Positions 1-9,784 of a stretch of DNA of 64,000 nucleotides are shown in pieces. The position numbers and the translations under genes are program-made. Position 1 is the first letter of the stretch, and the number at the start of each line of letters is the position of its first letter. Location of the stretch: NCBI GenBank assembly GCA_035604215.1, contig DATNIW010000073.1, forward strand, positions 348 through 64,347. The letters run 5' to 3'. Source of the DNA: Fibrobacteria bacterium. Its GTDB lineage: Bacteria > Fibrobacterota > Fibrobacteria > UBA5070. The notes beneath the pieces were generated by a model. It saw only the letters and a list, made by a program, of their open reading frames with translations. It did no database searches and was not told the DNA's origin.

Positions 1-1
1 T

Positions 2-961
2 TCCCTGCCCAGGCTGTGGCGCTACGAGAAGCAGCAGCGGGGAAGGCTTCGCGAGTTCTTCCAGCTCAACATGGACATCCTGGGATCCGATTCCGTGGAG
101 GCCGACGCCGAACTGGTCGCCGCCGCCTGCGCGATCTGCTCCGAGCTCGGACTGGTGGCGGGAGACGTCGTGGTGCGCATCTCCAGCCGCCGCCTGATCA
201 GCACCCTCCTGGACGAACTGGGCTGCACCGACAAGCCTCCGGTGTACCTGGCCCTGGACCGGCGCGAGAAGCTCCCGCGGGAGGACTTCGAAGCCGGACT
301 GCGGGAGGCCGGACTCGGTGATGACGGAATCCGTCGCCTGGACGCCCTGTTCGGTTCCGCCTCCCTGGACTCCGTGAAGGGGCTCGTCGCCTCCCAGGAG
401 GCCGTCGCTGCGCTGTCGGAGCTGGAGACCCTCTTCTCGCTCCTGCAGGCCCACGGCGTCTCGGACTGGGTGCGCTTCGATCCCACCGTGGTCCGCGGCC
501 TGGCCTACTACACCGGCGTGGTCTACGAGGTCTTCGACGCGGGCCGGAGCCTTCGCGCCATCGCGGGCGGCGGGCGGTACGACGACCTCCTGCAGAAGCT
601 GGGCGGGGAACGGCTTCCCGCGGTCGGGTTCGGCATGGGCGACGTCGTGATCGCGGAGCTCCTGAAGGAGAAGGGACTGCTCCCTTCCGGCATCCCGGGG
701 CCGGATCTCTGGCTGGTGTCGGTGGACGGAGATGGACAAAAACTGGCAAAGCTCGCCGCGCGCCTGCGCGCCTCGGGCCGCGAGGTGGGTTTCTCCTTCG
801 GCGGGGGAAAGATCGGCAAGCAGATGCAGGCCGCCCAGGACAACGGGGCCAAGCGCGCGGTCTTCGTGGGCTCGGACCGTGTGGCAGCCCACGAGGTCGA
901 GGTCAAGGACCTGGCCACCGGCGAACAGAAGACCGTTTCCGTCGAGGCATTGTGCACCTGA
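2..961 (+). CDS. hisS: Histidine--tRNA ligase, 5'-truncated by the window edge
   Basis: The frame is open from nt 2 and reads '...RYEKQQRGRLREFFQLNMD...' (class II motif 2-like). Further on it has 'RGLAYYTGVVYEVF' and 'AGGGRYDDL' (motif 3), then an anticodon-binding-like C-terminus. Stop at 959-961. Confidence 0.9.
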   Translation, partial: SLPRLWRYEKQQRGRLREFFQLNMDILGSDSVEADAELVAAACAICSELGLVAGDVVVRISSRRLISTLLDELGCTDKPPVYLALDRREKLPREDFEAGLREAGLGDDGIRRLDALFGSASLDSVKGLVASQEAVAALSELETLFSLLQAHGVSDWVRFDPTVVRGLAYYTGVVYEVFDAGRSLRAIAGGGRYDDLLQKLGGERLPAVGFGMGDVVIAELLKEKGLLPSGIPGPDLWLVSVDGDGQKLAKLAARLRASGREVGFSFGGGKIGKQMQAAQDNGAKRAVFVGSDRVAAHEVEVKDLATGEQKTVSVEALCT

Positions 962-1040
962 CCCGAGACGACGCCGGCTCGATCCGGGGTAGCCACGGAT
1001 CGGAACCGTGGCGTAGGGGCGGGAGCCCCTGGGGACAGCG

Positions 1041-2795
1041 GTGATCAGGGTGCTCGACGAGCTGGTGGTGAACCGCATCGCCGCCGGCGAAGTGGTGGAC
1101 CGTCCGGCGTCCGCCGTGAAAGAGCTGGTGGAGAACGCCCTGGACGCCGGAGCCCGGCGCATCAAGGTGCGGCTGGAAGGCGGAGGTCTGGACCTGATCT
1201 CCGTGGAGGACGACGGCGCCGGCTTGACGGCGGAGGATCTGGCCCTGTGCTGGCTGCGCCACGCCACCTCCAAGCTGGAGAGGTTCGAGGACCTGGCCAC
1301 GGTGGGAACCTACGGCTTCCGCGGCGAGGCGCTCAGCTCGCTGGCGTCCGTGGCCGAACTGCGCATCGACACCCACCACCTGTCCCAGGCCGATGGTCGC
1401 GCCATCGTGGTCCACGGGGGAAACCTGGTCTCCGAATCGCCTTCGGGCTGGCCGCGCGGCACCAGGGTGGAGGTGCGGGGGCTGTTCGCGGGAATTCCCG
1501 TCCGCCGGCGCTTCCTGGGTTCGGCCCAGTCGGAGTCCAGCCGGGTGTTGGGGACCCTGGTGCGCCAGGCCCTGTTCCGACCCGAAGTCGAATTCCGTCT
1601 TTCCCACGGAAACAGGGACCTCCTGCACGTGCGTCCTTCGGACCGCCGCCAACGCTGCCGTGACCTCCTGGGCGCGCTGTCGGAGGGGATGGAGCCGGTG
1701 GAATGGACCGATCGGAGCCTGTCCATCCAGGGGATGGTGGGAGCTCCGGGAACCGACCGGGGTCGCGCCGACCAGATCCACTTCGCGGTGAACCGACGAC
1801 CCGTGTCCTCGGGGACCCTGGCACGAGCCGTCTCCCAGGGGTTGGGACTTCCCGCGGGTCGCCATCCCGTCTGCGTGCTCGATCTGTCGATTCCGCTGGA
1901 GCACGTGGACGTCAACGTGCACCCCCAGAAGAGGGAGGTCCGGTTCCAGGCGGAGTCGATGGTCTTCCAGGCGGTCTCGGAAGCCGTTTCCCAGGCATTG
2001 GACAAGCGCTCCAGCCTGCCGCTCTTCCTGCCCTCGGCATCGGCGGAGGAAGCGTCTCCCTTGCCGGGTTTCGAGGAAGCTCCGCCAGCGCTGCCGGAGG
2101 CCTTCGAGCCTCCCTTTTCCGGTATCGATCCCTCCCAGGTGGACCTTTTCGCGGCCACCAACCCCAATCTGGTCGCCTTCCCCTCCACGAGAACCGCCAG
2201 CGTCGCACAGGAACCCGTCCGCACCTTCGCCGATTCGGGCGTGCCCTTCCTGCAGGTGGACGGCTACATCCTCTGTCCGCTCCAGGGTGGACTGCTCTGC
2301 TTGGACCAGCGGGCCGCCCACGAAAGGGTGCTCTACGAGCAGGCCCTGGCCAGTCTCGCCCGGGAAGGGGCCCTGCCTTCGCAGCAACTGCTCTTTCCGC
2401 GGGCGGTGGAATTGCCCGTGCGCGAATTCGACACGGCGATCTCCAACCTGGAGGCGTTGCGGGCCCTCTCCTTCGACCTCGAGCCCTTCGGGGGCTCCAC
2501 CGTCCTCTTGCGCGGAGTTCCGGTATCCACGACCCAGGAGGAAGGCGAGCACCTGCTCCTGGACGTGCTCGCGGCCGTCGCGGAGGAAGAGCCCACCACC
2601 GCCAGGCTCCACATGGCCTTCGCCGCCTCCTACGCCCGTGCGGCCGCCTTGCGCCGGAACGACGAACTCTCGCCCCAGGAGCGTTCGGCGCTCGCCGACG
2701 AGTTGTTCGCGTGCGCGGAGCCCTGGCAGACGCCTCGGGGAAAGCAGACGGTGGCCAGGATCGCCGCCGCCGATCTGGAGCGGCTTTTCCACTGA
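1041..2795 (+). CDS. mutL: DNA mismatch repair protein MutL
   Basis: GTG start. The N-terminus 'IRVLDELVVNRIAAGEVVDRPASAVKELVENALDAGA' is the canonical GHKL ATPase signature of MutL. 584 aa, with a MutL C-terminal dimerisation-type region. Confidence 0.92.
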   Translation: MIRVLDELVVNRIAAGEVVDRPASAVKELVENALDAGARRIKVRLEGGGLDLISVEDDGAGLTAEDLALCWLRHATSKLERFEDLATVGTYGFRGEALSSLASVAELRIDTHHLSQADGRAIVVHGGNLVSESPSGWPRGTRVEVRGLFAGIPVRRRFLGSAQSESSRVLGTLVRQALFRPEVEFRLSHGNRDLLHVRPSDRRQRCRDLLGALSEGMEPVEWTDRSLSIQGMVGAPGTDRGRADQIHFAVNRRPVSSGTLARAVSQGLGLPAGRHPVCVLDLSIPLEHVDVNVHPQKREVRFQAESMVFQAVSEAVSQALDKRSSLPLFLPSASAEEASPLPGFEEAPPALPEAFEPPFSGIDPSQVDLFAATNPNLVAFPSTRTASVAQEPVRTFADSGVPFLQVDGYILCPLQGGLLCLDQRAAHERVLYEQALASLAREGALPSQQLLFPRAVELPVREFDTAISNLEALRALSFDLEPFGGSTVLLRGVPVSTTQEEGEHLLLDVLAAVAEEEPTTARLHMAFAASYARAAALRRNDELSPQERSALADELFACAEPWQTPRGKQTVARIAAADLERLFH

Positions 2796-2858
2796 TCGGG
2801 ATTCCCGGACCCGACGCGGAAGTAAATCCCCGGATCGAAGAAATTTGGCGCAACACCC

Positions 2859-2887
2859 TTGACTTCCAGAAGCCTTAAGCGTAACTT
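2859..2887 (+). promoter_or_regulatory. Sigma-70-like promoter candidate in the mutL-sprA intergenic region
   Basis: TTGACT (2859-2864), a 17-nt spacer, then TAACTT (2882-2887). The spacer and -10 contain a twice-repeated CTTAAG. The region is of lower GC. This is a pattern match only. Confidence 0.25.
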
Positions 2888-2938
2888 AAGCTCCGGATGC
2901 TCGCCGTTTTGCGCGGGGAATTGGCGGCGACATCCTTT

Positions 2939-2972
2939 GGCGGCGAGGTTTACCTCGCCGCCCTTTTTGTTT
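2939..2972 (+). terminator. Rho-independent terminator
   Basis: Perfect 10-bp GC-rich stem: GGCGGCGAGG (2939-2948), loop TTTA, CCTCGCCGCC (2953-2962). It is followed by CTTTTTGTTT. It lies 144 nt after the mutL stop and about 130 nt before the sprA-like start. Confidence 0.7.
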
Positions 2973-3105
2973 GCCGAACGTCCCGGTTGCGGTGGTCCAT
3001 TGTCACTCCCCGGTCATTCTTGGGTCGGCCACCGCCGCCCGCTCCGGAATCGGTTTCAGGAGCATGTTTCCGCCCCATTGGATGGGTACCTTGTCCCGAC
3101 TACGA

Positions 3106-6100
3106 ATGAATAGATCCCTGGGGATGCATCGAGGCCGATGGACACGGTCGGCTGCGGCCGGGTGTCTGGTGCTGGTGTCCATGCAGGCTCGTTCCGACCC
3201 CCCGGTCTACGTCCCCTTGCCCCCGGCGGCGACTCCCTTCGCGGACCCCCAAACGCCCGAAGCCCTGCTCCGTCCACCACCCCAGGCGGCCACGACGGAG
3301 TACCAGATCGGATTCGACACCAGGCAGGTGGACATCCAGAGCTACGTGAAGGTGGACAGCACCCTGGGCCTCGATTCCACGAACCTGTGGGAGAACCACT
3401 ACGGGGAGCTGTCCGACTACCTGGCCGACATGCTGGCGGCCAGTCGCCGCAGATCGATCGACATGGAACTGTCGGGGCAGGCGAGGCAGGCGGATTCCAC
3501 GGCGGAGGCGGCCAACCGCTACGAGCTTCCGGTGAAGATTCCCGAATGGGCCAAGCGGTTGGGATTGTCCAAGCCCGCGCTCTCCTTGACCGGATCCTAC
3601 ACGCTCCAACTGAAGGCAGCGTCCCACTGGACAAGCGCCCAGGAGGCGGCGGGAACGGCCAACAAGATCCCCGATTTCTCGCCCGAACAGATCCCCAACA
3701 TCAACCTGACCGGCCAGATCGGGCAATTCGTGTCCATGAGCCTGACCTGGAACCAGTCGGGGTTCGGGGCCACGCAGAACCAGGACCTGCACATCAAGTA
3801 CGCGGGCCAGAAGCCGGAGGACACCGAAGACGACATCCTGCAGGAGGCGGAATTCGGACAGATCCAGCTCGCGCTGCCCGGCACCAGCCTCACGGGATAC
3901 TCGGAGGCGGCCTCGGGCGTGCTGGGCCTGCGCGCCAAGATGAGGTTCGGCGACGTGGACCTCACTTTGGTGGGGGGCTCGCAGAACGGAGAACAGCAGA
4001 AGCAGCACATCGGGCGCGGGGCCACGGTGAGCGTGCAGCCCCTGATCCGCGACCGCGACATGGACGTGGGCTACGACTTCTTCCTGACCTACGCTGGCCG
4101 GAAAAATTGGATGGCTGCGGGGGGGGCATTGGCACCGGCGAACACCCCGAGCTTGAATCAGCCCGCGAACTACAACGTGTTCCAGCGGGTGAAGCCGACG
4201 GACAAGTCCACCCACCCGAACTGGACCGTCATCCCCGGCACGGCGACGTCCTACGACAGCAACGGAGTGGCCTTTTACACCACCCCGACGGGCCAGTACT
4301 GGCGGCTGCTTTCGCCCGGGACGGACTACAACTGGCAGAACGGCGTGTTGCGGATGACCCGCTCCGGCGCGGCCTCCACCGGGCAAGCGTTGGGCGTGAC
4401 CTGGTCGGGCTACAATTTTGGTGGCGCCAATGGAACGAATCGCGGAAGCGGGGGGAGCGGAACCAGTTCCGTCAATTTGAGCCTCCTGTTCGCCGACGAC
4501 CACGACGACCCATATCTCCAGAAGCTGCAACTGCGCAACCGCTACTACAAGCTCCCCACCGTGGCCGTCGGGGACCAGCCCAACATGACGCTCAAGATCC
4601 TGGACAACACATCCACCCGCGGGGATCCCAGCGTGGACTCCACGGGCACATCCTGGGCGTATCGATTCGGCCTCGCGGACGGAAACGGCCGACTCTTCTA
4701 CGACAACCCCATGATCTTCGACTGGGCGAACCACGCCCTGATCTTCCCCACGCTGGAGCCGTTCCGCGCCTACGGCCAGGCAGCCGACTACGACACCATC
4801 CGCACCGCCCTGCCCACCCTCCCGTCGCGCTTCTCCATCCAGATCACGGCCAAGTCCACCTCCGATTCCATCCAGATCGGGAGCCGCGACGTCGCCAGCG
4901 TGAGCGGGACCAATTGCGTGGACATCATCCAGGGTTCCGAGGTGCTCACGTTGAACGGGTCCACCCGCCTGACCAAGGGAGTGGATTACGACGTCCAGTA
5001 CCAGACCGGGACCATCACGCTGCTGTCTTCCCGGGCCCGCGACCCGTCCGCCGACATCCAGGTCGACTACACCTGCACCCCGTTCTTCTCGCTGGCCAAC
5101 CGCACCGTGGCCGGAGCCCGGTTGGATTACCAACTGCCCGAGATCAGCAAGGAATCGGAGATCGGCGCCACCTTCCTGTACCGTTCGGAGACCACCACGG
5201 ATCCGCGGCCGCAATTGGCTCGCGAGGGCAGCACGGCCATGCTCTGGGGTGCCAACCTCCTGTTGGCCGGAGAATCCGAAAGCCTGACCGATTGGACCGG
5301 CATGATCCCGCTGATCAAGGCCAAGGCGGATTCGAAATGGCGGGTGGAAATGGAAGGGGTGCAGAGCTGGGTGGACCCGAACCCGTCGGGCTACGCGCTG
5401 GTGGACGACTTCGAGAGTTCCCAACTGGACAACGAGCTGCCCATCAACCGGCTCGGTTGGTACCAGGCCAGTCCGCCCGGAGGTCCTGGATTCCCCGGAT
5501 ACCCGAAAGGACTTTACGGCCAGGACACCGTGTACGACGACACCCTGGATTACCAGCATGAAGGGGAGCTGGTGTGGTCGTCCAACGCGCAGGTCAAGCT
5601 CTCCGACATCTACCCCACCCACGACGACGGCACCGGGGCACCGGCGATGCAGAATGTCCTCCACCTGCGCTTCGAACCCAACGAGCGGTCTGGCGCAGGC
5701 ATGTCGTGGGGGGGCATCATGCGCACCATGCCGCCCAGCAGCCGGAATCTGACAAGCGATGCCTACCTGGTGGTGGTGGTCCAAGGCACGGGGGGCGACC
5801 TCAACTTCGATTTCGGCGACATCAGCGAGGACCTTTCCATCGACGGCAACGCCCCGGACGGATTCCTGGAAAGCGAAGACCTGGACATCGCCCGCAATCC
5901 CACCGGTAGACCGCAAAACGATTTGGGTCTGGATGGCAAGGGGGACACCGGCGAGGTCGCCAAGGTCTGGACCTGCTACCGGCTGGACTGCCAGTCCACG
6001 GAGCGCACCCACAACGGGGTGTTGGACCCCGCCGGCGACGATTTCCGACCCGATGCCATCAGCGCCGACCCGGACGCCACCATCAACGGCACGCAGGGCA

Positions 6101-9100
6101 ACAACGCCTACGTGGATGGCGGATCCAACACCTACTTCGATTCGGAAAATCTCTTCGGAGACGGAACCCTCCACCAGCTGAACGCCTACAACCGCTTCCG
6201 GATCGTGATGGGGGGGCAGGACTCCACCCCCTACCAGGCCCTGGCCAACGGCTACCGTCTCTACCAGATCCCCTTGAACAAGCCCTTCCAGCAGAGGGGA
6301 GGCGGGGCCAGTTGGAACCAGATCAACTACGTGCGCGTCTGGGTGGACGGATTGACCACCGCCAAAGGCGCCAACATCCTGCGCGAGGACTACCAGATCG
6401 CGCGGATGTCCCTGCTCGGGAACCAGTGGCTGGGCACCGGCCACCTCTCCAAGAACGACGACACCACGGTGGTGGACAGCACCTATTCCCAGAACTACTC
6501 CTCGGTGACCAAGACCGTATCCCAGGACAGTTCCAGTCTGCAGGTTTCGGTGATCGGCACCACCACGGACAATTCCAACTACGTGCCATCCACCTCCGTT
6601 CCCCAGGTGAGGGATCCCAACACCGGCGCGCTCCAACCCGAGCAGTCGCTGCGGCTGATCTACACCGACCTCCACCGGGATTTCGGAGCCGCCGGCGCGT
6701 CCAAGGCGGACACCGGCGTGGCGCTGCGCACCTACGACGTCCCGCGGGACTTCACCCTGTACCAGGACCTGCAGCTGCTGGTGTACCACCAATCGGTGGA
6801 TGGGCGGACCGATGCGGGCCCGGCTCCCGTGCGGTTCGGTGTCGAACTCGGCTCCGGCGATCCCACCAGCGCCACCGCCCCGTACTACGAGTACTCCTTC
6901 GATCCGGTGCCTGCCACCTGCCCGATCGGCGACCAGACCGCCGGGTGCCCGGACCAGACGACCCAGGCCCGCACCGCGGCCATGCAGGCGAACTGGAACG
7001 ACAACCAGATCCTCATCCCCCTCAAGACCCTGACCGACCTCAAGACCTTGCGCCGCCAGAAGAACCTGAACGTGGATTCCTTCTTCAGCGAGGCGATCTC
7101 CTCTCCCATCGGGCGCCTGGACGCGCAGGATTCCGTCAAGGTCTTCGGCGATCCCACGGTTTCCCAGGTCAGCTGGATGCGCTTTTGGGTGCGCGCCAAC
7201 CCCCGCACCGCGGCGAGCGCCGTTTCCGACGTCGCATCGGGCGAGATCTGGGTGGACGACCTCCGGCTCAACACCCCCCACCGGGCCTTCGGCAGCGCCT
7301 TGCGCGCCTCGGGCCAGGTCAACTTCTCCGACCTCCTGGACCTCTCGGCGAGCACGCAGTACAGCGGAGGGAACTTCGTGCCCATGGGCCAGGCGGAACC
7401 GACCTTCGCCCAGCAGAAGTCCAGCGCCACCGTCACCGGGACGGCCCGGCTCTCCATGGACAAGTTCCTCCCGGAGTCCTGGAAGGCGCAGCTGCCGGTG
7501 TCGGTCACCTTCAACGGAGCGCTCACACGACCCTGGGCGGTGCCCGGTTCCGACCAGCAATTGTCGGAGGACGGGATCCAGAGGATCACCTCCGACTGGT
7601 GGGACGGGAAGATGCGGCGCGACTCGGCCGACTTCGCCCAGGGCGAATCCCGGGCCTACGAGACCATGGTGGTGACCCGGACGATCTCCAGTTCGTGGAC
7701 CCGGGCGCGCGACGAGAATTCGGGTCTGGGACCCTTCCTCACCAACACCCTGTTCGCGCGTCCCAAGCTGGCCTGGACCTACACCGACCAGGCGAGCCTC
7801 GCGCCCGTCAACCGCGACAGCACCTGGAGCCACACCCTGCGGCTGGACTACGACTTCAGTCCGCCATCACCGCCCAATCTCAAGCCGTTCGGGACGGCCA
7901 AGGCGGGCTGGGTGCCGGACTTCCTGAAGACCTTCGGCATCCAGCCCTGGCCCACGGCGATCTCCAGCACCTTGGGCGACCTGGACTACCTGGAAGGACT
8001 GCATTCGGTCCTGACCCCGGACAAGGACAGTCTGCCGCTCACGCACACGCACACCTACACCGCCAACCTCAACCACGCCATCTCCATGGAATGGCCCGTG
8101 CTCAACTTCGTCAAGCTGAGCTTCTCCGAGCGCGCCGCCCGGGTCTGGAACGATTCCATCCAGGCCCCGCTCTTCGACCCGTCCACGGGCTTGGTCGACG
8201 CCTGGCCCTACATCTTCGACTGGGACACCACCCACCTCCGGTCGCCGTCCGGGACGGAGGAGCGCCAGCAGTTCGGCCTCCTTCGCAACGAAAACGGCCG
8301 CACCACCACCTTCTCGTTCGACCTCACCCCCCGGATCCTGCCGTGGTTCAACACCAGCGGGGGCTTCCAGGCCAACGGAGCGCTGAACCGGCAGGCTCCG
8401 ACGGCCAGCCTGGACGCAGCCAACGACACCCTCTACACCCAGTTCTGGACCTACAGCCATTCGGACAATTTCCGGTCCAGCCTGCGCCTGGACGTGCCGG
8501 CGGTGTTCCGGTCCCTGCAGGGGGTCCTCCCGGATTCCTGGTCCAAGCCCCTCAACGACGCCAAGCAGGGGATCGACCGGTGGAGGTGGACGGGGATCGG
8601 CGTGGAATACTCGGTGGACGACCGGGAATCTGGGATCGACCAGACCCTGGACTACGCCTCGTACCAGGAGCAGATGGACGCGGGCAGCATGCAGTTGTGG
8701 CAGATGGGGCTGGGAGACAACAGGGGGCTGCGGTCGCCATTGGACCTGATCACTGGATCCCGGCCCAAGTCCGGATTCGGCCAGTACGAGCCTCTTCGCC
8801 TTTCGGACCCCAACTACCTGCCCGGAATCAACGACACGTCCAGCGAAGCCCTGTTCACAGGCCAGGACAACACCCGCTCCTACCGCGTGAGCACCAACAC
8901 AGACTTCACCGTGCCCGGCCTTCTGCTCACCCTCCAGCCGAGCCTCACCTACATGATCTCCTGGGACGAGCGGTATTCCACCCCCTGGGACGTGGACACC
9001 ACCAAGACCTGGCCCCAGATCAGCGTGAACGCGTCGCTGGCCAACTTCGCGGGACGGGTTCCCTTTCTGGGCCGGTGGTTCGAGAGCGTGACGGCCAGCC

Positions 9101-9774
9101 ACACCACGACCTGGGAGGTCCAGCAGCAGATCTACCCCCATTCCTCGAGCAACGACGTCACCAACTACAGCCTGAAGTGGGCGCCGCTGCTGGGTCTCCA
9201 GGCGAAAACCAAGGGGAACTGGAGCTTCGACGACAAGACCAACTTCGGGGTCACCCTGGCCAAGAGCGCCATCAAGAGCCCCGATTCGGCGTCCGGATCG
9301 GATCCCGGGGTCTGCCCCTCGGACCTGGGTCTGCCCGTATTCTACACCAACCAGAGCGTGGCCATCGAACGCTGCTTCCAGGTGGTGGGCCACTCCCAGA
9401 CCTACCACTGGAACGAGGGGAACGAGGGCACCGCCACCTACCGGTTCCAGACCCACAAGGGAATCCAGATCTTCCGCTGGTTCGTGAAGCTGGACAACGA
9501 CCTGGTGGTGACCTTCCGGGCCGGATGGACCCGGGATTGGCAGTTGCAGAACACCTACGACGCCAGCACGAACCAGGACGACGGACCCCAGACCCTGGCC
9601 GACGTTACTACCGTTTACGCCGGATCGAACGCGGCCTACAACTTCACCTCGAAGCTGGCCGCCAATTTCGACGCAAGCTACAAGCGGACCGATCAGAAAG
9701 ATCCGACCGATCCGTCGGCACCAACCGTCGCCAACGACATTTCGTTGTTGGCGTCACTCCAGTACAAGTTCTGA
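3106..9774 (+). CDS. sprA: SprA-like giant outer-membrane protein (type IX secretion translocon family)
   Basis: About 2,220 aa. It has a signal-peptide-like N-terminus ('MHRGRWTRSAAAGCLVLVSMQA'). The segment 'AEFGQIQLALPGTSLTGYSEAASGVLGLRAKMRFGDVDLTLVGGSQNGEQQKQ' resembles the conserved SprA block as I recall it. The sequence is beta-rich (Y/W/N/T/G) throughout and ends in a beta-barrel terminus '...LQYKF'. The start is ambiguous: in-frame ATGs at 3064, 3082, 3106 and 3124. Confidence 0.7.
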   Translation: MNRSLGMHRGRWTRSAAAGCLVLVSMQARSDPPVYVPLPPAATPFADPQTPEALLRPPPQAATTEYQIGFDTRQVDIQSYVKVDSTLGLDSTNLWENHYGELSDYLADMLAASRRRSIDMELSGQARQADSTAEAANRYELPVKIPEWAKRLGLSKPALSLTGSYTLQLKAASHWTSAQEAAGTANKIPDFSPEQIPNINLTGQIGQFVSMSLTWNQSGFGATQNQDLHIKYAGQKPEDTEDDILQEAEFGQIQLALPGTSLTGYSEAASGVLGLRAKMRFGDVDLTLVGGSQNGEQQKQHIGRGATVSVQPLIRDRDMDVGYDFFLTYAGRKNWMAAGGALAPANTPSLNQPANYNVFQRVKPTDKSTHPNWTVIPGTATSYDSNGVAFYTTPTGQYWRLLSPGTDYNWQNGVLRMTRSGAASTGQALGVTWSGYNFGGANGTNRGSGGSGTSSVNLSLLFADDHDDPYLQKLQLRNRYYKLPTVAVGDQPNMTLKILDNTSTRGDPSVDSTGTSWAYRFGLADGNGRLFYDNPMIFDWANHALIFPTLEPFRAYGQAADYDTIRTALPTLPSRFSIQITAKSTSDSIQIGSRDVASVSGTNCVDIIQGSEVLTLNGSTRLTKGVDYDVQYQTGTITLLSSRARDPSADIQVDYTCTPFFSLANRTVAGARLDYQLPEISKESEIGATFLYRSETTTDPRPQLAREGSTAMLWGANLLLAGESESLTDWTGMIPLIKAKADSKWRVEMEGVQSWVDPNPSGYALVDDFESSQLDNELPINRLGWYQASPPGGPGFPGYPKGLYGQDTVYDDTLDYQHEGELVWSSNAQVKLSDIYPTHDDGTGAPAMQNVLHLRFEPNERSGAGMSWGGIMRTMPPSSRNLTSDAYLVVVVQGTGGDLNFDFGDISEDLSIDGNAPDGFLESEDLDIARNPTGRPQNDLGLDGKGDTGEVAKVWTCYRLDCQSTERTHNGVLDPAGDDFRPDAISADPDATINGTQGNNAYVDGGSNTYFDSENLFGDGTLHQLNAYNRFRIVMGGQDSTPYQALANGYRLYQIPLNKPFQQRGGGASWNQINYVRVWVDGLTTAKGANILREDYQIARMSLLGNQWLGTGHLSKNDDTTVVDSTYSQNYSSVTKTVSQDSSSLQVSVIGTTTDNSNYVPSTSVPQVRDPNTGALQPEQSLRLIYTDLHRDFGAAGASKADTGVALRTYDVPRDFTLYQDLQLLVYHQSVDGRTDAGPAPVRFGVELGSGDPTSATAPYYEYSFDPVPATCPIGDQTAGCPDQTTQARTAAMQANWNDNQILIPLKTLTDLKTLRRQKNLNVDSFFSEAISSPIGRLDAQDSVKVFGDPTVSQVSWMRFWVRANPRTAASAVSDVASGEIWVDDLRLNTPHRAFGSALRASGQVNFSDLLDLSASTQYSGGNFVPMGQAEPTFAQQKSSATVTGTARLSMDKFLPESWKAQLPVSVTFNGALTRPWAVPGSDQQLSEDGIQRITSDWWDGKMRRDSADFAQGESRAYETMVVTRTISSSWTRARDENSGLGPFLTNTLFARPKLAWTYTDQASLAPVNRDSTWSHTLRLDYDFSPPSPPNLKPFGTAKAGWVPDFLKTFGIQPWPTAISSTLGDLDYLEGLHSVLTPDKDSLPLTHTHTYTANLNHAISMEWPVLNFVKLSFSERAARVWNDSIQAPLFDPSTGLVDAWPYIFDWDTTHLRSPSGTEERQQFGLLRNENGRTTTFSFDLTPRILPWFNTSGGFQANGALNRQAPTASLDAANDTLYTQFWTYSHSDNFRSSLRLDVPAVFRSLQGVLPDSWSKPLNDAKQGIDRWRWTGIGVEYSVDDRESGIDQTLDYASYQEQMDAGSMQLWQMGLGDNRGLRSPLDLITGSRPKSGFGQYEPLRLSDPNYLPGINDTSSEALFTGQDNTRSYRVSTNTDFTVPGLLLTLQPSLTYMISWDERYSTPWDVDTTKTWPQISVNASLANFAGRVPFLGRWFESVTASHTTTWEVQQQIYPHSSSNDVTNYSLKWAPLLGLQAKTKGNWSFDDKTNFGVTLAKSAIKSPDSASGSDPGVCPSDLGLPVFYTNQSVAIERCFQVVGHSQTYHWNEGNEGTATYRFQTHKGIQIFRWFVKLDNDLVVTFRAGWTRDWQLQNTYDASTNQDDGPQTLADVTTVYAGSNAAYNFTSKLAANFDASYKRTDQKDPTDPSAPTVANDISLLASLQYKF

Positions 9775-9784
9775 GGACTATTCC

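Noticed and set aside
962-1040. A hairpin CCACGG-N7-CCGTGG in the hisS-mutL spacer as a terminator.
   Set aside because: The stem is only 6 bp and no U-tract follows. It does not rise above background for a GC-rich sequence.
2971-3105. The ORF-track start (2971) for the sprA-like gene, which adds ~45 N-terminal residues.
   Set aside because: That start lies inside the T-tract of the terminator at 2939-2972. The added residues precede a good signal peptide that begins near 3106/3124. A start at 3064-3124 is more plausible, but the exact codon remains unresolved.
3100-7833. 1,577-aa ORF on the minus strand, antisense to the sprA-like gene. Similar giant antisense or out-of-frame ORFs are 903-2792(-), 6312-10511(+), 18588-23198(-), 32127-37190(-), 40622-44890(-), 43129-46278(+) and 54853-56769(-).
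   Set aside because: Their translations are low-complexity and rich in Arg/Gly/Pro/His, with no recognisable motifs. They overlap genes on the other strand or frame that have clear family signatures. Long stop-free antisense frames are expected at ~68% GC with strong GC3 bias.
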